Assembly: GCA_963770895.1 (NCBI GenBank)
Contig: CAVYRF010000002.1
Coordinates: 5,504,001-5,568,000 of the forward strand
Length of the DNA stretch: 64,000 bases
From: an uncultured Acidobacteriota bacterium
GTDB taxonomy: Bacteria > Acidobacteriota > Thermoanaerobaculia > Multivoradales > UBA5704
Direction: 5' to 3'
Below the pieces are notes generated by a model. It was not told where the DNA came from. It saw only the letters and a program-made list of their open reading frames with translations, and made no database searches. Positions within the stretch are counted from its first letter, which is position 1. Each line of letters begins with the position of its first letter. Below, in pieces: positions 18,421 through 28,174 of the stretch. Made by a program: the position numbers and the translations under genes.

Positions 18421-21090
18421 TTAGAAGCCGACGTAGACGCGCTGGATGCGGGGGCCCAGGCGAGCGAGGAGCTCGTAGGGGATGGTGTTGGCTTGGGCGG
18501 CGACGGATTCGGGGCGGAGGAGGGCGCCGTGGTGGGTGCCGAAGAGGAGGGCTTCGTCGCCGGCGGTGGCGGCGGGGGCGTTGGTGAGGTCGACGACCAG
18601 GGAATCCATCGAGATGCGGCCGAGGATGGGGGCGGGGTGGCCGGCGACCAGGGCGGCGCCGCGGTTGGAGAGGGACCAGGGGATGCCGTCGTGGTAGCCC
18701 AGGGGCAGGATGCCGGCGCGGACGTGGTCGCGATCGACCAGGTAGGTGCCGTTGTAGCCGACGCGGTCGCCGCGGGTGAGGGTGCGCACCTCGGCGATGC
18801 GGGATAGCAGGGTGACGGCGAGCTGGAGGGGCAGGGCCTGGGCGACGGCGGGGGAGGGGTAGAGGCCGTAGAGGCCCAGGCCCAGGCGCACCATGTCGTA
18901 GCGGGCTTGGGGGACGCGGGCGGCGGCGGCGGTGGCGGCGGCGTGGGTGAGCAGGGCGTGGAAGCCGGCGGCAGCCAGGGCGGCGCGCGCGGTGTCGAAG
19001 CGGGCCAGCTGGCGGCGGGTGTCGTCGTCGGCGCCGGGATCGTCGGCGCTGGCCAGGTGGGTCATGACTCCGGTGACGCGCAGGCCGGCGGCGACGGCGG
19101 CGCGGGCCAGCGGGACGGCCTGGTCCGGTGCGACGCCGACGCGGTGCATGCCGGTGTCGAGCTTCAGGTGGACGGTCAGCGGCAGGTCCGCCGGCCGCAG
19201 GGCGCGCGCTGCCGCTGCCAGCGGGGCGACCAGGGCGAAGGAGTAGAGGGCCGGGGTGAGGTCGAAGCGGGCCAGCTTTTCGGCTTCCTCGGCGGTGGGC
19301 AGGGTCACCAGGATGGGCAGGCGGATGCCCGCGCGGCGCAGCTCGGCTCCTTCGTCGGCGGTGGAGACCCCGAGGTGCTCGATGCCCGCTTCGGACAGCC
19401 AGGACGACAGGCGCACCAGGTCGCTGCCGTAGGCGACGGCCTTGACCATCGCCATGATGCGGGTCCGCGGGCCGCAGGCGCGGCGGAAGGCGGCGATGTT
19501 GCCCGCTACCGCGGCCAGGTCGACGATCAGGCGGTTGGGCGCCATCGCATCCACCAGGTCGAGCGCCGCGGCGTCGATGCCGCTGTGGCGCGGCCCCTTG
19601 AGCAGCAGGGTGTCGCCCGGGGCCAGGCGCCGCCGCAGCTCCTGCCGCACCGCGGCGACCGAATCGACAGCCAGCGCTTCGCCCTGCGGATAGGCTTCCA
19701 GGTAGGCCTGGCGGGTCGGCTCCATTTCGCCCGCGGAGGGGGGCGCGGCCAGGGCCTGGGGCTGGACCAGCAGCAGGGTGTCGAAGCGGTATTCGCCGGC
19801 GAGCGCGCCGACGGCGGCGTATTCGGCGGCGGCGCGCTGGCCCAGGTCGCGCATGCCGCCGAAGACGAAGAGCTTGCGGCGGTCCGGACGGGACAGCTCG
19901 GAGGTGGTGCGCAGCGCGGCGCGGACCGAGATCGGATCGGCGCTCACCAGGTCGTTGACCAGCGTGATGCCGCTGGGCGAGCGCCACACCTCCAGCCGGG
20001 TCGGCGGCGGGGCGTAGTCCTGCAGGCTGGCGACGATCTGGTCGTCGCTCACCCCCAGCAGGTGCGCGGCGCCGATCGCCATCATCAGGTCGTCGACGAT
20101 CTCCGCCGAGCGCGTGCGCACCCGCACGCGGTGGCGGGCGCCGGAAGGAAACAGGATCTCCAGCCGCTCGCTGAGGCCGCCGCCGGCGGGCCCGCCGGCC
20201 GGCAACAGGTCCGCCGCGCCGTCGGCGGGGTCCGCGCTGTCTGCGCCATCGGGCAGGCGGCCGGCCAGGCGGGGCAGCAGGGGGTCGTCGGGGTACGGCA
20301 CCAGCCGGCAGGCCAGGTGGGCGGCCTGGGCGGCGATCTCGGGATCGCCGCCCGGCAGCAGCAGCCAGCCGGCCATGGCGGCGAAGAGCGACAGCTTTTC
20401 GCGCGCCAGCTGGGCGCGGCCGGTGAAGGCGGCGATGTGCGCCAGGCCGACGTTGGTCAGGATGCCGCAGTCGGGGGCCAGGATGTCGGCCAGCGTTGCC
20501 ATCTCACCGGGAGCGGAGATACCGGCTTCGAAGACCGCGAGCGGGGTGCCCGGCGGGGCGGCGAGGACGGCCAGCGGCACGCCCAACTGGCTGTTGAAGC
20601 TGCCCGGGCTGGCGGCCACCTGGAACGTGCCGGCCAGCTGGTTGTAAAGCGCATCCTTGACCACCGTCTTGCCGTTGCTGCCGGTGATCGCCACCACCGT
20701 TCCCAGGTGGGCGCGGCGGTACCAGGCCGCCAGGCGTTGCAGTGCGGCGAGCGGCGATGCGACCGCGATCGACGGCAGGCCGGCGACCGCGGGCGTGCCG
20801 GCGGCGACCAGGGCCGCAGCCGCGCCCCCCGCCGCCGCCTGGGCGAGATACGCGTGGCCATCCACCAGCCGCCCCGGCAGCGCCACGAACAGCGACCGCG
20901 GCGCCATCCGGCGCGTATCGATGGCGATCGCTTCGACGCCGGGCCACGCCCCCGGATCGGTCGCGCCCACATCACCGGCATGGCTGGCGCCGACGGCGGC
21001 CGCCGTACCTATCCTCGCGGCATCCCCAGCGGCGGGGCGTAGTGTGCCGCCCACGATTTCCGCCACCTGGTCCGGTGCAAGGCGGATCAT
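18421..21090 (-). CDS. alr: Bifunctional MurF-like ligase / alanine racemase fusion
   Basis: N-terminal AITGSNGKTVVK, SFNSQLGVP, EAGIS (MurF); C-terminal MVKAVAYG (PLP Lys), HLKLDTGMHRVG, GYHDG, GRISMD, TIPYELL (Alr). Confidence 0.93.
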   Translation of the reverse strand: MIRLAPDQVAEIVGGTLRPAAGDAARIGTAAAVGASHAGDVGATDPGAWPGVEAIAIDTRRMAPRSLFVALPGRLVDGHAYLAQAAAGGAAAALVAAGTPAVAGLPSIAVASPLAALQRLAAWYRRAHLGTVVAITGSNGKTVVKDALYNQLAGTFQVAASPGSFNSQLGVPLAVLAAPPGTPLAVFEAGISAPGEMATLADILAPDCGILTNVGLAHIAAFTGRAQLAREKLSLFAAMAGWLLLPGGDPEIAAQAAHLACRLVPYPDDPLLPRLAGRLPDGADSADPADGAADLLPAGGPAGGGLSERLEILFPSGARHRVRVRTRSAEIVDDLMMAIGAAHLLGVSDDQIVASLQDYAPPPTRLEVWRSPSGITLVNDLVSADPISVRAALRTTSELSRPDRRKLFVFGGMRDLGQRAAAEYAAVGALAGEYRFDTLLLVQPQALAAPPSAGEMEPTRQAYLEAYPQGEALAVDSVAAVRQELRRRLAPGDTLLLKGPRHSGIDAAALDLVDAMAPNRLIVDLAAVAGNIAAFRRACGPRTRIMAMVKAVAYGSDLVRLSSWLSEAGIEHLGVSTADEGAELRRAGIRLPILVTLPTAEEAEKLARFDLTPALYSFALVAPLAAAARALRPADLPLTVHLKLDTGMHRVGVAPDQAVPLARAAVAAGLRVTGVMTHLASADDPGADDDTRRQLARFDTARAALAAAGFHALLTHAAATAAAARVPQARYDMVRLGLGLYGLYPSPAVAQALPLQLAVTLLSRIAEVRTLTRGDRVGYNGTYLVDRDHVRAGILPLGYHDGIPWSLSNRGAALVAGHPAPILGRISMDSLVVDLTNAPAATAGDEALLFGTHHGALLRPESVAAQANTIPYELLARLGPRIQRVYVGF

Positions 21091-21296
21091 GCGCGCATCG
21101 TATCGCGACGGAGGGTTGGGCCAGTCCGCGCCGGGCGCCGCCGCGGCGGGGCCGCGGGGCGGCGCGCCGGCGGGCGGCGCTTTCGTGTCGCGGCTCCAGG
21201 CTGCGCAGCGGGAGACGGTGGGATCGCGCGGTCGCCTACAATACGGGGCGGCGCGAACCCCCGACGGGTGGCGGGTTCGTGGGGAGGAGATCGTCC

Positions 21297-21815
21297 ATGA
21301 CGAAGGGCTTTATCGTCGGTTTTGTGTCCGCGCTGGTGATCCTGATTGGCGGCGGCTACCTGTTTCTGGTCGGCGGCGGGCTGTATGGCGGACAGGACGT
21401 GAAGCCTGGCGGCCTGGAGAAGTGGGGCGCCAGGAGCATGCAGCATGCGACGATGCGCGGGGCCGGCGCGCTGAACAGCCCCTTGCAGCCGACGGACGAC
21501 AACCTGACGGCCGGCATCGCGCTCTACGACCGGCACTGCCGGGTGTGCCATGGCGGGTCGGACGGCGCCGCGTCGTCGATCGCCAAGGGCCTGACGCCGG
21601 AGGCTCCGCAGCTGGCGAAGGACGGCGTCGAAGACGATGCGGTGGGGATCACCTACTGGAAGATCGCCCACGGCATTCGCTTCACCGGCATGCCCGCCTT
21701 CCGCGACAGCCTCAGCGACCAGCAGATGTGGCAGATCGCGCTGTTTGCCGCGCACATGAGCTCGCTGCCCCCCGGTGCGCAGCGTGCGTGGGCGGCGCAG
21801 ACCGCGGCGCCCTGA
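21297..21815 (+). CDS. c-type cytochrome (monoheme, membrane-anchored)
   Basis: N-terminal TM, CRVCHG heme motif, YWKIAHGIRFTGMPAF; GAGGAGA RBS. Confidence 0.88.
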   Translation: MTKGFIVGFVSALVILIGGGYLFLVGGGLYGGQDVKPGGLEKWGARSMQHATMRGAGALNSPLQPTDDNLTAGIALYDRHCRVCHGGSDGAASSIAKGLTPEAPQLAKDGVEDDAVGITYWKIAHGIRFTGMPAFRDSLSDQQMWQIALFAAHMSSLPPGAQRAWAAQTAAP

Positions 21816-21901
21816 CCTGTCCGCCGGGGTCGGCGAGCAGCCGAACAGGAGGGCGCCGCGGCTGCTTGCCGCGCCGCGGATTTGTCCCGCGCCTGGGCCC
21901 T

Positions 21902-23473
21902 CTACGGATGCACGACGGAATCGTAGAAGGCGGCGATGTCGGCCTTGAACTGCTGGAGCGACGGCTGGTGGACGTACATCATGTGGCCGGCCTGGTAGTA
22001 CTTGAGGTGGACGTGGGAGCGCAGCTCCGGTTCCAGGCCCAGGTGGTCGAAGGTCGATTCGGTGCCCAGGAAGGGCGTCGCCAGGTCGAAGTAGCCGTTG
22101 AGCGCCAGGACCTGCAGGTTGGGGTTGTAGCCCATGGCGTGGGCCAGGTCCAGGGCGGTGTCGGGGATGGGCAGGGGGAAGGGGAAGCCGGGCGGCCGGT
22201 GCTTGAAATCCCAGCCCATGAAGTCATCGGCGACCGCGGCCTGCACGTTGTAGGTCTTGCCGAGGCCGAATTTCAGCTCGCCGTGCAGGTAGTCGAGCCA
22301 GGCGGCGGTGAAGGCGGCGCTGATGGCGTTGGACTGCGGGTCGTCGTCGGTGGCTTCGGCCAGGCGGTCGAAGGACACGCCCAGGAAGCGGGCGTCCAGC
22401 CGGCCCACGGTCTTGTGCTGCCGGCGCAGCAGCTCCTGGGTGAACTGCGCTTCCCGCACGCGCAGGTTGGCCAGCTTGATGTAGTCGACCGAAAGACCGG
22501 TGTACTGGTGGAGCTTGGCGGCCAGGGCGTCCCTTTCAGCTTCGGTCAGGGTGTCGCCCTTGAGCAGGGCGGTGGCGTACTCGCCCAGGGCGAACCGGCG
22601 CACCTCGGCCAGGAACGGCTCCAGGTCCGCCGGCTGGCTGGGCAGCGCGTGGTGGTACCAGGCGACCGCGGCGAAGGTGGGCAGGAAGTAGACGTACGTC
22701 CTGTCGTTGCCGGGCGACTCGAAGATCGATTCGAAGTCGAGCGCCACCGACACCAGGATGACGCCGTTGAACGCCATGTTTTCGCGGGTCTGCAGGTATT
22801 CGACGACGCCTGCCGAGCGGGTGGTGCCGTAGCTTTCGCCGAGCAGGAACTTGGGTGAGTTCCAGCGCAGGTTGTCGCTGACGTATTGCTTGATGAAGCG
22901 GCCGATCGAATCGATATCCTGATCGGTGCCCCAGAACTCGCTGTCCTTGTGGTCGCCCACGGCGTGGCTCAAGCCGGTGCCGATGGGATCGATCATCACC
23001 AGGTCGGTCTTGTCCAGGATGCTCCAGGCGTTGTCGACCACCTGGTAGGGCGGCGGCGGGGTCGGCCCGGCGTCGCTGGTGACGATGCGTCGCGGGCCCA
23101 AGGCGCCCATGTGCAGCCACAGCGAGGCGGAGCCGGGCCCGCCGTTGTAGGCGAAGGTGACGGGGCGCCTGCCCAGGTCGCGCACGTCGCGCTCGGTGTA
23201 GGCGACGTATTCCATCGCCGCGGTGGGCTTGTCCTTGGCGTCGCGCAGGATGAGCGTGCCGGCGGTGGCGGTGTACTGGACGGTCTTGCCGCCGATCACC
23301 ACGCTGTGCTGGGTGACCGACTGCTCGGGTTTGGGCGCTTCCTGCTGCGCCGGCTTGCTGCCGGCGGCGGCGTCCGGCTTGTCGTCCGCGGCGGTGGCGC
23401 GGGCCGCGCCGGCGCCGGCGGCCAGGGCGGCCACGGTGAGCAGGGCGATCAGACCTGTGGGTGCTTTGTTCAC
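21902..23473 (-). CDS. Peptidase S10 (serine carboxypeptidase), secreted
   Basis: Signal peptide; FAYNGGPGSAS, IDPIGTGLS, GESYG nucleophile, GYFDLATP, AGHMMY; AAGGAGG RBS. Confidence 0.93.
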   Translation of the reverse strand: MNKAPTGLIALLTVAALAAGAGAARATAADDKPDAAAGSKPAQQEAPKPEQSVTQHSVVIGGKTVQYTATAGTLILRDAKDKPTAAMEYVAYTERDVRDLGRRPVTFAYNGGPGSASLWLHMGALGPRRIVTSDAGPTPPPPYQVVDNAWSILDKTDLVMIDPIGTGLSHAVGDHKDSEFWGTDQDIDSIGRFIKQYVSDNLRWNSPKFLLGESYGTTRSAGVVEYLQTRENMAFNGVILVSVALDFESIFESPGNDRTYVYFLPTFAAVAWYHHALPSQPADLEPFLAEVRRFALGEYATALLKGDTLTEAERDALAAKLHQYTGLSVDYIKLANLRVREAQFTQELLRRQHKTVGRLDARFLGVSFDRLAEATDDDPQSNAISAAFTAAWLDYLHGELKFGLGKTYNVQAAVADDFMGWDFKHRPPGFPFPLPIPDTALDLAHAMGYNPNLQVLALNGYFDLATPFLGTESTFDHLGLEPELRSHVHLKYYQAGHMMYVHQPSLQQFKADIAAFYDSVVHP

Positions 23474-23620
23474 GATTCCTCCTTGCGGTGAGAGAGACCA
23501 GCCTGATCCGCCGCCTCGGCACGTGGACGGAGATCCAGCCCTGAAGTACGGCCCGCCCGCGATGGAGGTTGCGCCAGGCGCGGCTCCGGGCGTGGCTGCC
23601 GGGTGCGCCTGCCGGAGCGG

Positions 23621-24532
23621 CTACAGCTGGGGGTCGCGGCCGGTGAGGCGGCGGAACGCTTCGACGTAGCGGTCCTGGGTGCCGCGCACGACGTCGGGCG
23701 GCAGCTCGGGAGGGGCGGACTGGTGGTCCCAGGTGGTGGAGTCGAGCCAGTTGCGGACGAACTGCTTGTCGAAGGAGACCGGCTCGGTGCCGGGCTGCCA
23801 GTGGGCGGCGTCCCAATAGCGCGACGAATCCGGCGTGAGGGCTTCGTCGATCAGCAGCACCAGACCGTCGGACAGCAGGCCGAACTCGAACTTGGTGTCG
23901 GCCAGGATCAGGCCGGATTGCGCGGCCAGCGTCGCGGCGCGCCCGTAGAGCTCCAGGGTGAGGGTGCGCAGACGGGCGGCCAGCGGATCGCCGGCGCCGG
24001 CGGCCATGGTGGCAAAGTCGATGTTTTCATCGTGGCCGACGTCGGCCTTGGTGGCGGGGGTGAACAGCGGCTGCGGCAGGCGGCTGGCGAGGGCCAGGCC
24101 GGGGGGCAGCGCGATGCCGCAGACGGCGCCGTCGCGGCGGTACTCGCGATAGCCGCTGCCGGCCAGGTACCCGCGCGCCACGCATTCGAACGGCACCACC
24201 TGGGTTTTGCGCACCAGCACGGCGCGCCCCGCGAGCAGCGCGGCGTGCGGGCGCAGCGCGGCGGGGAAGTCGGCCGGGTCGGTCGCCAGCAGGTGGTGCG
24301 GCGCCAGGTCGGCCAGGCGCTCGAACCAGAAGCTGGACAGCTGGGTGAGGATCTTGCCCTTGCCGGGGATGGCGGGGCGCAGCACGTAGTCGTAGGCGGA
24401 CAGGCGGTCGCTGGCCACCAGCAGCAGGACGTCGCCCAGGTCGTAGACGTCGCGCACCTTGCCGCGGCGCGGCGGCGGCAGCCCCGGCAGGTCGGTGCTC
24501 CACACCGCTCCGGCGTCCGAGGTGGCGGTCAT
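23621..24532 (-). CDS. purC: Phosphoribosylaminoimidazolesuccinocarboxamide (SAICAR) synthase
   Basis: GKVRDVY, SDRLSAYD, ECVARGYLAGSG, ADTKFEFG, DEALTPDSSRYW, SFDKQFVR. Confidence 0.97.
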   Translation of the reverse strand: MTATSDAGAVWSTDLPGLPPPRRGKVRDVYDLGDVLLLVASDRLSAYDYVLRPAIPGKGKILTQLSSFWFERLADLAPHHLLATDPADFPAALRPHAALLAGRAVLVRKTQVVPFECVARGYLAGSGYREYRRDGAVCGIALPPGLALASRLPQPLFTPATKADVGHDENIDFATMAAGAGDPLAARLRTLTLELYGRAATLAAQSGLILADTKFEFGLLSDGLVLLIDEALTPDSSRYWDAAHWQPGTEPVSFDKQFVRNWLDSTTWDHQSAPPELPPDVVRGTQDRYVEAFRRLTGRDPQL

Positions 24533-26547
24533 CGGGCGTCCCGCTGGGTGAGCGGCCGGGAGAATTCGCGGTCGGCGGCGGCGATCAGGCGCTCGCCGCG
24601 CAGGGCGCGCAGCGAGTCGGGATCGAACTTGGCGCCGTCGACGATTTCATAGACGGCCAGCTGTTCCAGCCCCTTGAGGCGGGCGACGCCCAGCCGGCGC
24701 AGGCCGCACGACAGACGCTCGGAGCCGTCGTCGACCGGGAAGACGACGTAGGTGCGGTCGCCGTCGGCGCCGCGGGCGAGGGAGCGCTGGCCGATCTCCT
24801 TGTCCAGGCGCTCGACGTAGGCGCCGGTGGCGACCAGGCCGTTGTTGTGCAGGGTACCGTTGCGGTTGATGTAGGCGTAGAAGCGCCGCGACTCTTCCTG
24901 CTTGTCCACCACGTCGAGGTTGGTGGCGGCCAGCGGCGCGAAAAAGCGGTGGACGGTCGGCTCGGGGTAGCCCTGGGCGATCAGCATGGTTTTCACTTCG
25001 TCGATCTCCTGGGTCGCCTTGCCGGTGACCAGCCGCGACAGCTCGACCATGCCGTGGCCGAAGAATTCGTAGCGTTCGCCTTCGTGGCTGCCGCCGCTGC
25101 CCATGGGGATCAGCCGGTAGGCGCCGAAGTTGAGGGCGATGCGCATGCCGCGGTCGAAGACAAAACCCTCGCGCAGCGCCTGCTCATAGTACCGCTGCAG
25201 GTGGATGGCGCACACCAGCAGGTTGACCGCTTCGCGGCTGGAGTAGAAGGCGCCGTCGCCCAGGTACTTTTCGAGCTTGACGCGGCGCGCGCCGGCCAGA
25301 CGGTTGACCCGCCGCTGGAAGCGGAACATGGCGCGAAACGCTTCGTCCTGGCTCTCCGCGCCGGAGCGCTGCAGGTAGCTGACGGTCTGCGAGAACTCGC
25401 TGATGTCGTAGATCAGGCCGAAGCGCTCGACCCGCGGATCGACCACCCAGGGCTCCATGAAGTCGAGCGGCCGGGTCACCGGCGACAGCACGATCGACGC
25501 CCGCATGCCGCCGCGGCTGCCCGGCACGTCGTGCGCCACCATGGCGCCGTCGGGCTGGCGCTCGACGCGCAGGATGGTGCGCCGCACCGCGTGCATGAGC
25601 TCGAATTCCTTCAGCTTGATCAGCAGGTTTTCCCACACCTGCACCAGGATGGGCGGCAGCAGGCGCACCAGGTTGTAAGCCGGTCGCGTCGCCAGGAACG
25701 AGACGTAGCCCGGCCGGTTGAGCAGGTCGCGCGGGTCGCCCTTGGGATCGGCGTGGTAGATGTTGGCGGCGACTGAGCGCAGCTCGTGATCGGTCGCGAG
25801 CTGCTCGACGTGCCAGCGCGCCAGCTCTTCGAGCCGCTGGCGGATCTCGCGGCCGTCGATCTTGAGGTAGCCGGCGAAGTAGCCGCCCAGTTCCGCCAGG
25901 TCGGGGCTGATGTGGTCCTCGGTGAAGATCAGCACGTTGTCCCGCATGCGCGTCAGCAGGCGGGGGAACAGCTCTTCTTCGACCTCTTCGGTGGCGCCGG
26001 CGACCTTTTGCACCAGGTCGTAGACGGTCGAAAAGGTGCGGTCCAGGAAGCGCTCGAGCACCCGGTACTTCATCGCGTCGCCCAGCCGGCGGCCGATTTC
26101 AAGGTCGGCGCGCAGGATGCGCTTGGGAGTGTCCTTGAGCAGGCGCGCCAGGTCGAACGAGTGGTGCAGCCAGAAGATCGCCGGGTAGAGCCGGCCATAG
26201 TTGGAGATCGTGGCGTTTTCGACGGCGCGCGTCAGCAGGGTGCGGTACCGCTCCCATGCAGTATTGTATAATTTTCGATCATAGGTGTCGCGCCGGTGGA
26301 TGGCCAGCTGGACCGCCTCCTCGCACAGGATGTACTGGCGCAGCGCCGCGGCGAGCGCCGCCATGCCTTGCGACAGCAGCACCGGGAAGCCGTGGAGCGG
26401 GGTGGCGCCTTCGTCTTCCAGGAAGACCGGCTGCGGCGCCGGCAGAGCGCGGTGCGGGTCGAGCGCCAGGCGGGTCAGCTCTTCGGGGTCACGCCGCAGG
26501 AAATTGAACGGTCCCGGTAGCAGGGGCAGGAGCGACGACGAGTTCAT
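24529..26547 (-). CDS. Conserved hypothetical protein with C-terminal class III nucleotide cyclase-like domain
   Basis: Real coding part of the 1323-aa ORF begins at MNSSSLL; motifs IYDISEFS, EKYLGDG, MRIALNFG, FFGHGMVELSRL; ATGA overlap with purC. Confidence 0.7.
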   Translation of the reverse strand: MNSSSLLPLLPGPFNFLRRDPEELTRLALDPHRALPAPQPVFLEDEGATPLHGFPVLLSQGMAALAAALRQYILCEEAVQLAIHRRDTYDRKLYNTAWERYRTLLTRAVENATISNYGRLYPAIFWLHHSFDLARLLKDTPKRILRADLEIGRRLGDAMKYRVLERFLDRTFSTVYDLVQKVAGATEEVEEELFPRLLTRMRDNVLIFTEDHISPDLAELGGYFAGYLKIDGREIRQRLEELARWHVEQLATDHELRSVAANIYHADPKGDPRDLLNRPGYVSFLATRPAYNLVRLLPPILVQVWENLLIKLKEFELMHAVRRTILRVERQPDGAMVAHDVPGSRGGMRASIVLSPVTRPLDFMEPWVVDPRVERFGLIYDISEFSQTVSYLQRSGAESQDEAFRAMFRFQRRVNRLAGARRVKLEKYLGDGAFYSSREAVNLLVCAIHLQRYYEQALREGFVFDRGMRIALNFGAYRLIPMGSGGSHEGERYEFFGHGMVELSRLVTGKATQEIDEVKTMLIAQGYPEPTVHRFFAPLAATNLDVVDKQEESRRFYAYINRNGTLHNNGLVATGAYVERLDKEIGQRSLARGADGDRTYVVFPVDDGSERLSCGLRRLGVARLKGLEQLAVYEIVDGAKFDPDSLRALRGERLIAAADREFSRPLTQRDAR

Positions 26548-26624
26548 GCGCTGGGCCGCGGGTACTTGGAGGGTTGGCGATGAAGTGGCACGTATACCAT
26601 ATACCGTTCGCTTCTGGGCATACC

Positions 26625-26633
26625 TGCTAAACT
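26625..26633 (+). promoter_or_regulatory. Candidate extended -10 promoter for pepA operon
   Basis: TGcTAAACT about 35 nt upstream of the pepA ATG, in a divergent intergenic gap. Confidence 0.4.
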
Positions 26634-26667
26634 CTGCCGCCGGTACGGCATTCGAGGAGATCGTGCG

Positions 26668-28158
26668 ATGAAGGAAATACCGTCGCTGGCGGTGGCAGCC
26701 GATGGGCGCACCAGGGCAGATTTGCTGGTGGCCGGCTGCTTTCAGGGCGCGCCGCCCGACGTGGAGCTGCTGCCCGAGGCGGCACGCCGCGCCGTGCTGG
26801 GGGTGGCCGCGCGCACCGGCTGGAGCGGACGCGACGAGCAGGTGGGGCAGACCGCCGGCGAGGGCGGCCAGGTGCTGGCGCTGTACGGCCTGGGGCCGGT
26901 CGCCGAGCTGACCTTCGCCAAGCTGGCGCGCTGGCTGGCGCGGGTGGCCGAGGACGCCCGCATGGCCGGGGTGCGCCGCCTGGCGGTGGCCCTGCCGCGG
27001 CACGCCGAAACCCTGGGCGAGCCGGCGGCGCTGCGCATCACGCGGGCGGTGGCGCTGTGCGGCTACCGCTTCGAGCGCTACCGGAGCGACCCCGACAACG
27101 GCCGCCTGGAATCGATCGAGCTGGTGCCGCCCGCCGGCGCCGAGGCGGCCTATCGCGCCGTCCTGGGCGTGGCCGCCAAGGTCGCCGCCGCGGTCGCCTA
27201 TGCGCGCGACCTGGCCAACGCCCCCGGCAACGAGGCGACGCCGGCATGGTTGGAGGAGCAGGCGCGCCAGCTGGCCGCCAGCCACGGCTTGAGCTGCACC
27301 GTGCTGGACGCCGCCGAGCTGACGCGCCGCCGCATGGGGGGGCTGCTGGCGGTCGGCGCCGGTTCGGCGCACCCGCCGCGCCTGCTGCGCCTGGCGCTGG
27401 GCGACGACGGGCCGGGCGAATTGCTGGCCCTGGTCGGCAAGGGCATCACCTTCGACACCGGCGGCATCTCGCTCAAGCCCGCCGCCGACATGGAGCAGAT
27501 GAAGTTCGACAAGTCCGGCGCCTGCGTGGTCCTGGGCGCCCTGCGCGCCGCGGCCGAGCTGGGTCTGCCGGGGCGCCTGCGCGCCTATCTGCCGGTGGCG
27601 GAAAACATGCTCAGCGGCGACGCCTACCGGCCGGGCGACATCGTGCGCTGCTACAACGGCAAGACCGTCGAGATCACCAACACCGACTGCGAGGGCCGCA
27701 TGATCCTGGCCGACGCCCTGGCCCTGGCGGCCGAAGAGGGGCCGCCCGACGCCATGGTCGAGCTGTCCACCCTGACCGGCGGCTGCGTCGTCGCGCTGGG
27801 CAGCCAGGCTGCCGGCCTGTTCGCTCCCGACGACGCCTTTGCCGCCGAGCTGCAGCAGGTCGCCGCCGGCAGCGGCGAGCGCCTTTGGCGGCTGCCGCTG
27901 CTGCCCGAGTTTCTCGAAGACATGAAGTCGCTGCACGCCGACCTGCGCAATTCGGCGGGCCGCTGGGGCTCCGCCTGCACCGCCGCCGCCTTTCTGTCGC
28001 AGTTCGTCGGCCGGGTGCGGCATTGGGCCCACCTGGACATCGCCGGCGTCGCCTACGCGCGTTCCGAGGACAGCCGCGGCACCGCCGCCACCGGCTTCGG
28101 CGTCGCCTCCCTGGTGGACTGGCTGCGCCATCGCGGCGGCCTGTCGCCCTCGGTCTGA
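26668..28158 (+). CDS. pepA: Leucyl aminopeptidase (M17)
   Basis: VGKGITFDTGG.SLK, MKFDKSG, ENM, NTDCEGRMILAD, TLTG, WAHLDIAG. Confidence 0.93.
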   Translation: MKEIPSLAVAADGRTRADLLVAGCFQGAPPDVELLPEAARRAVLGVAARTGWSGRDEQVGQTAGEGGQVLALYGLGPVAELTFAKLARWLARVAEDARMAGVRRLAVALPRHAETLGEPAALRITRAVALCGYRFERYRSDPDNGRLESIELVPPAGAEAAYRAVLGVAAKVAAAVAYARDLANAPGNEATPAWLEEQARQLAASHGLSCTVLDAAELTRRRMGGLLAVGAGSAHPPRLLRLALGDDGPGELLALVGKGITFDTGGISLKPAADMEQMKFDKSGACVVLGALRAAAELGLPGRLRAYLPVAENMLSGDAYRPGDIVRCYNGKTVEITNTDCEGRMILADALALAAEEGPPDAMVELSTLTGGCVVALGSQAAGLFAPDDAFAAELQQVAAGSGERLWRLPLLPEFLEDMKSLHADLRNSAGRWGSACTAAAFLSQFVGRVRHWAHLDIAGVAYARSEDSRGTAATGFGVASLVDWLRHRGGLSPSV

Positions 28159-28174
28159 GCGTGGGGGCACGTCG

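Noticed and set aside
26255-26285. AT-rich patch as a chromosome dif site
   Set aside because: Lacks the XerD arm (TTATGTTAAAT-like) and lies inside a coding sequence
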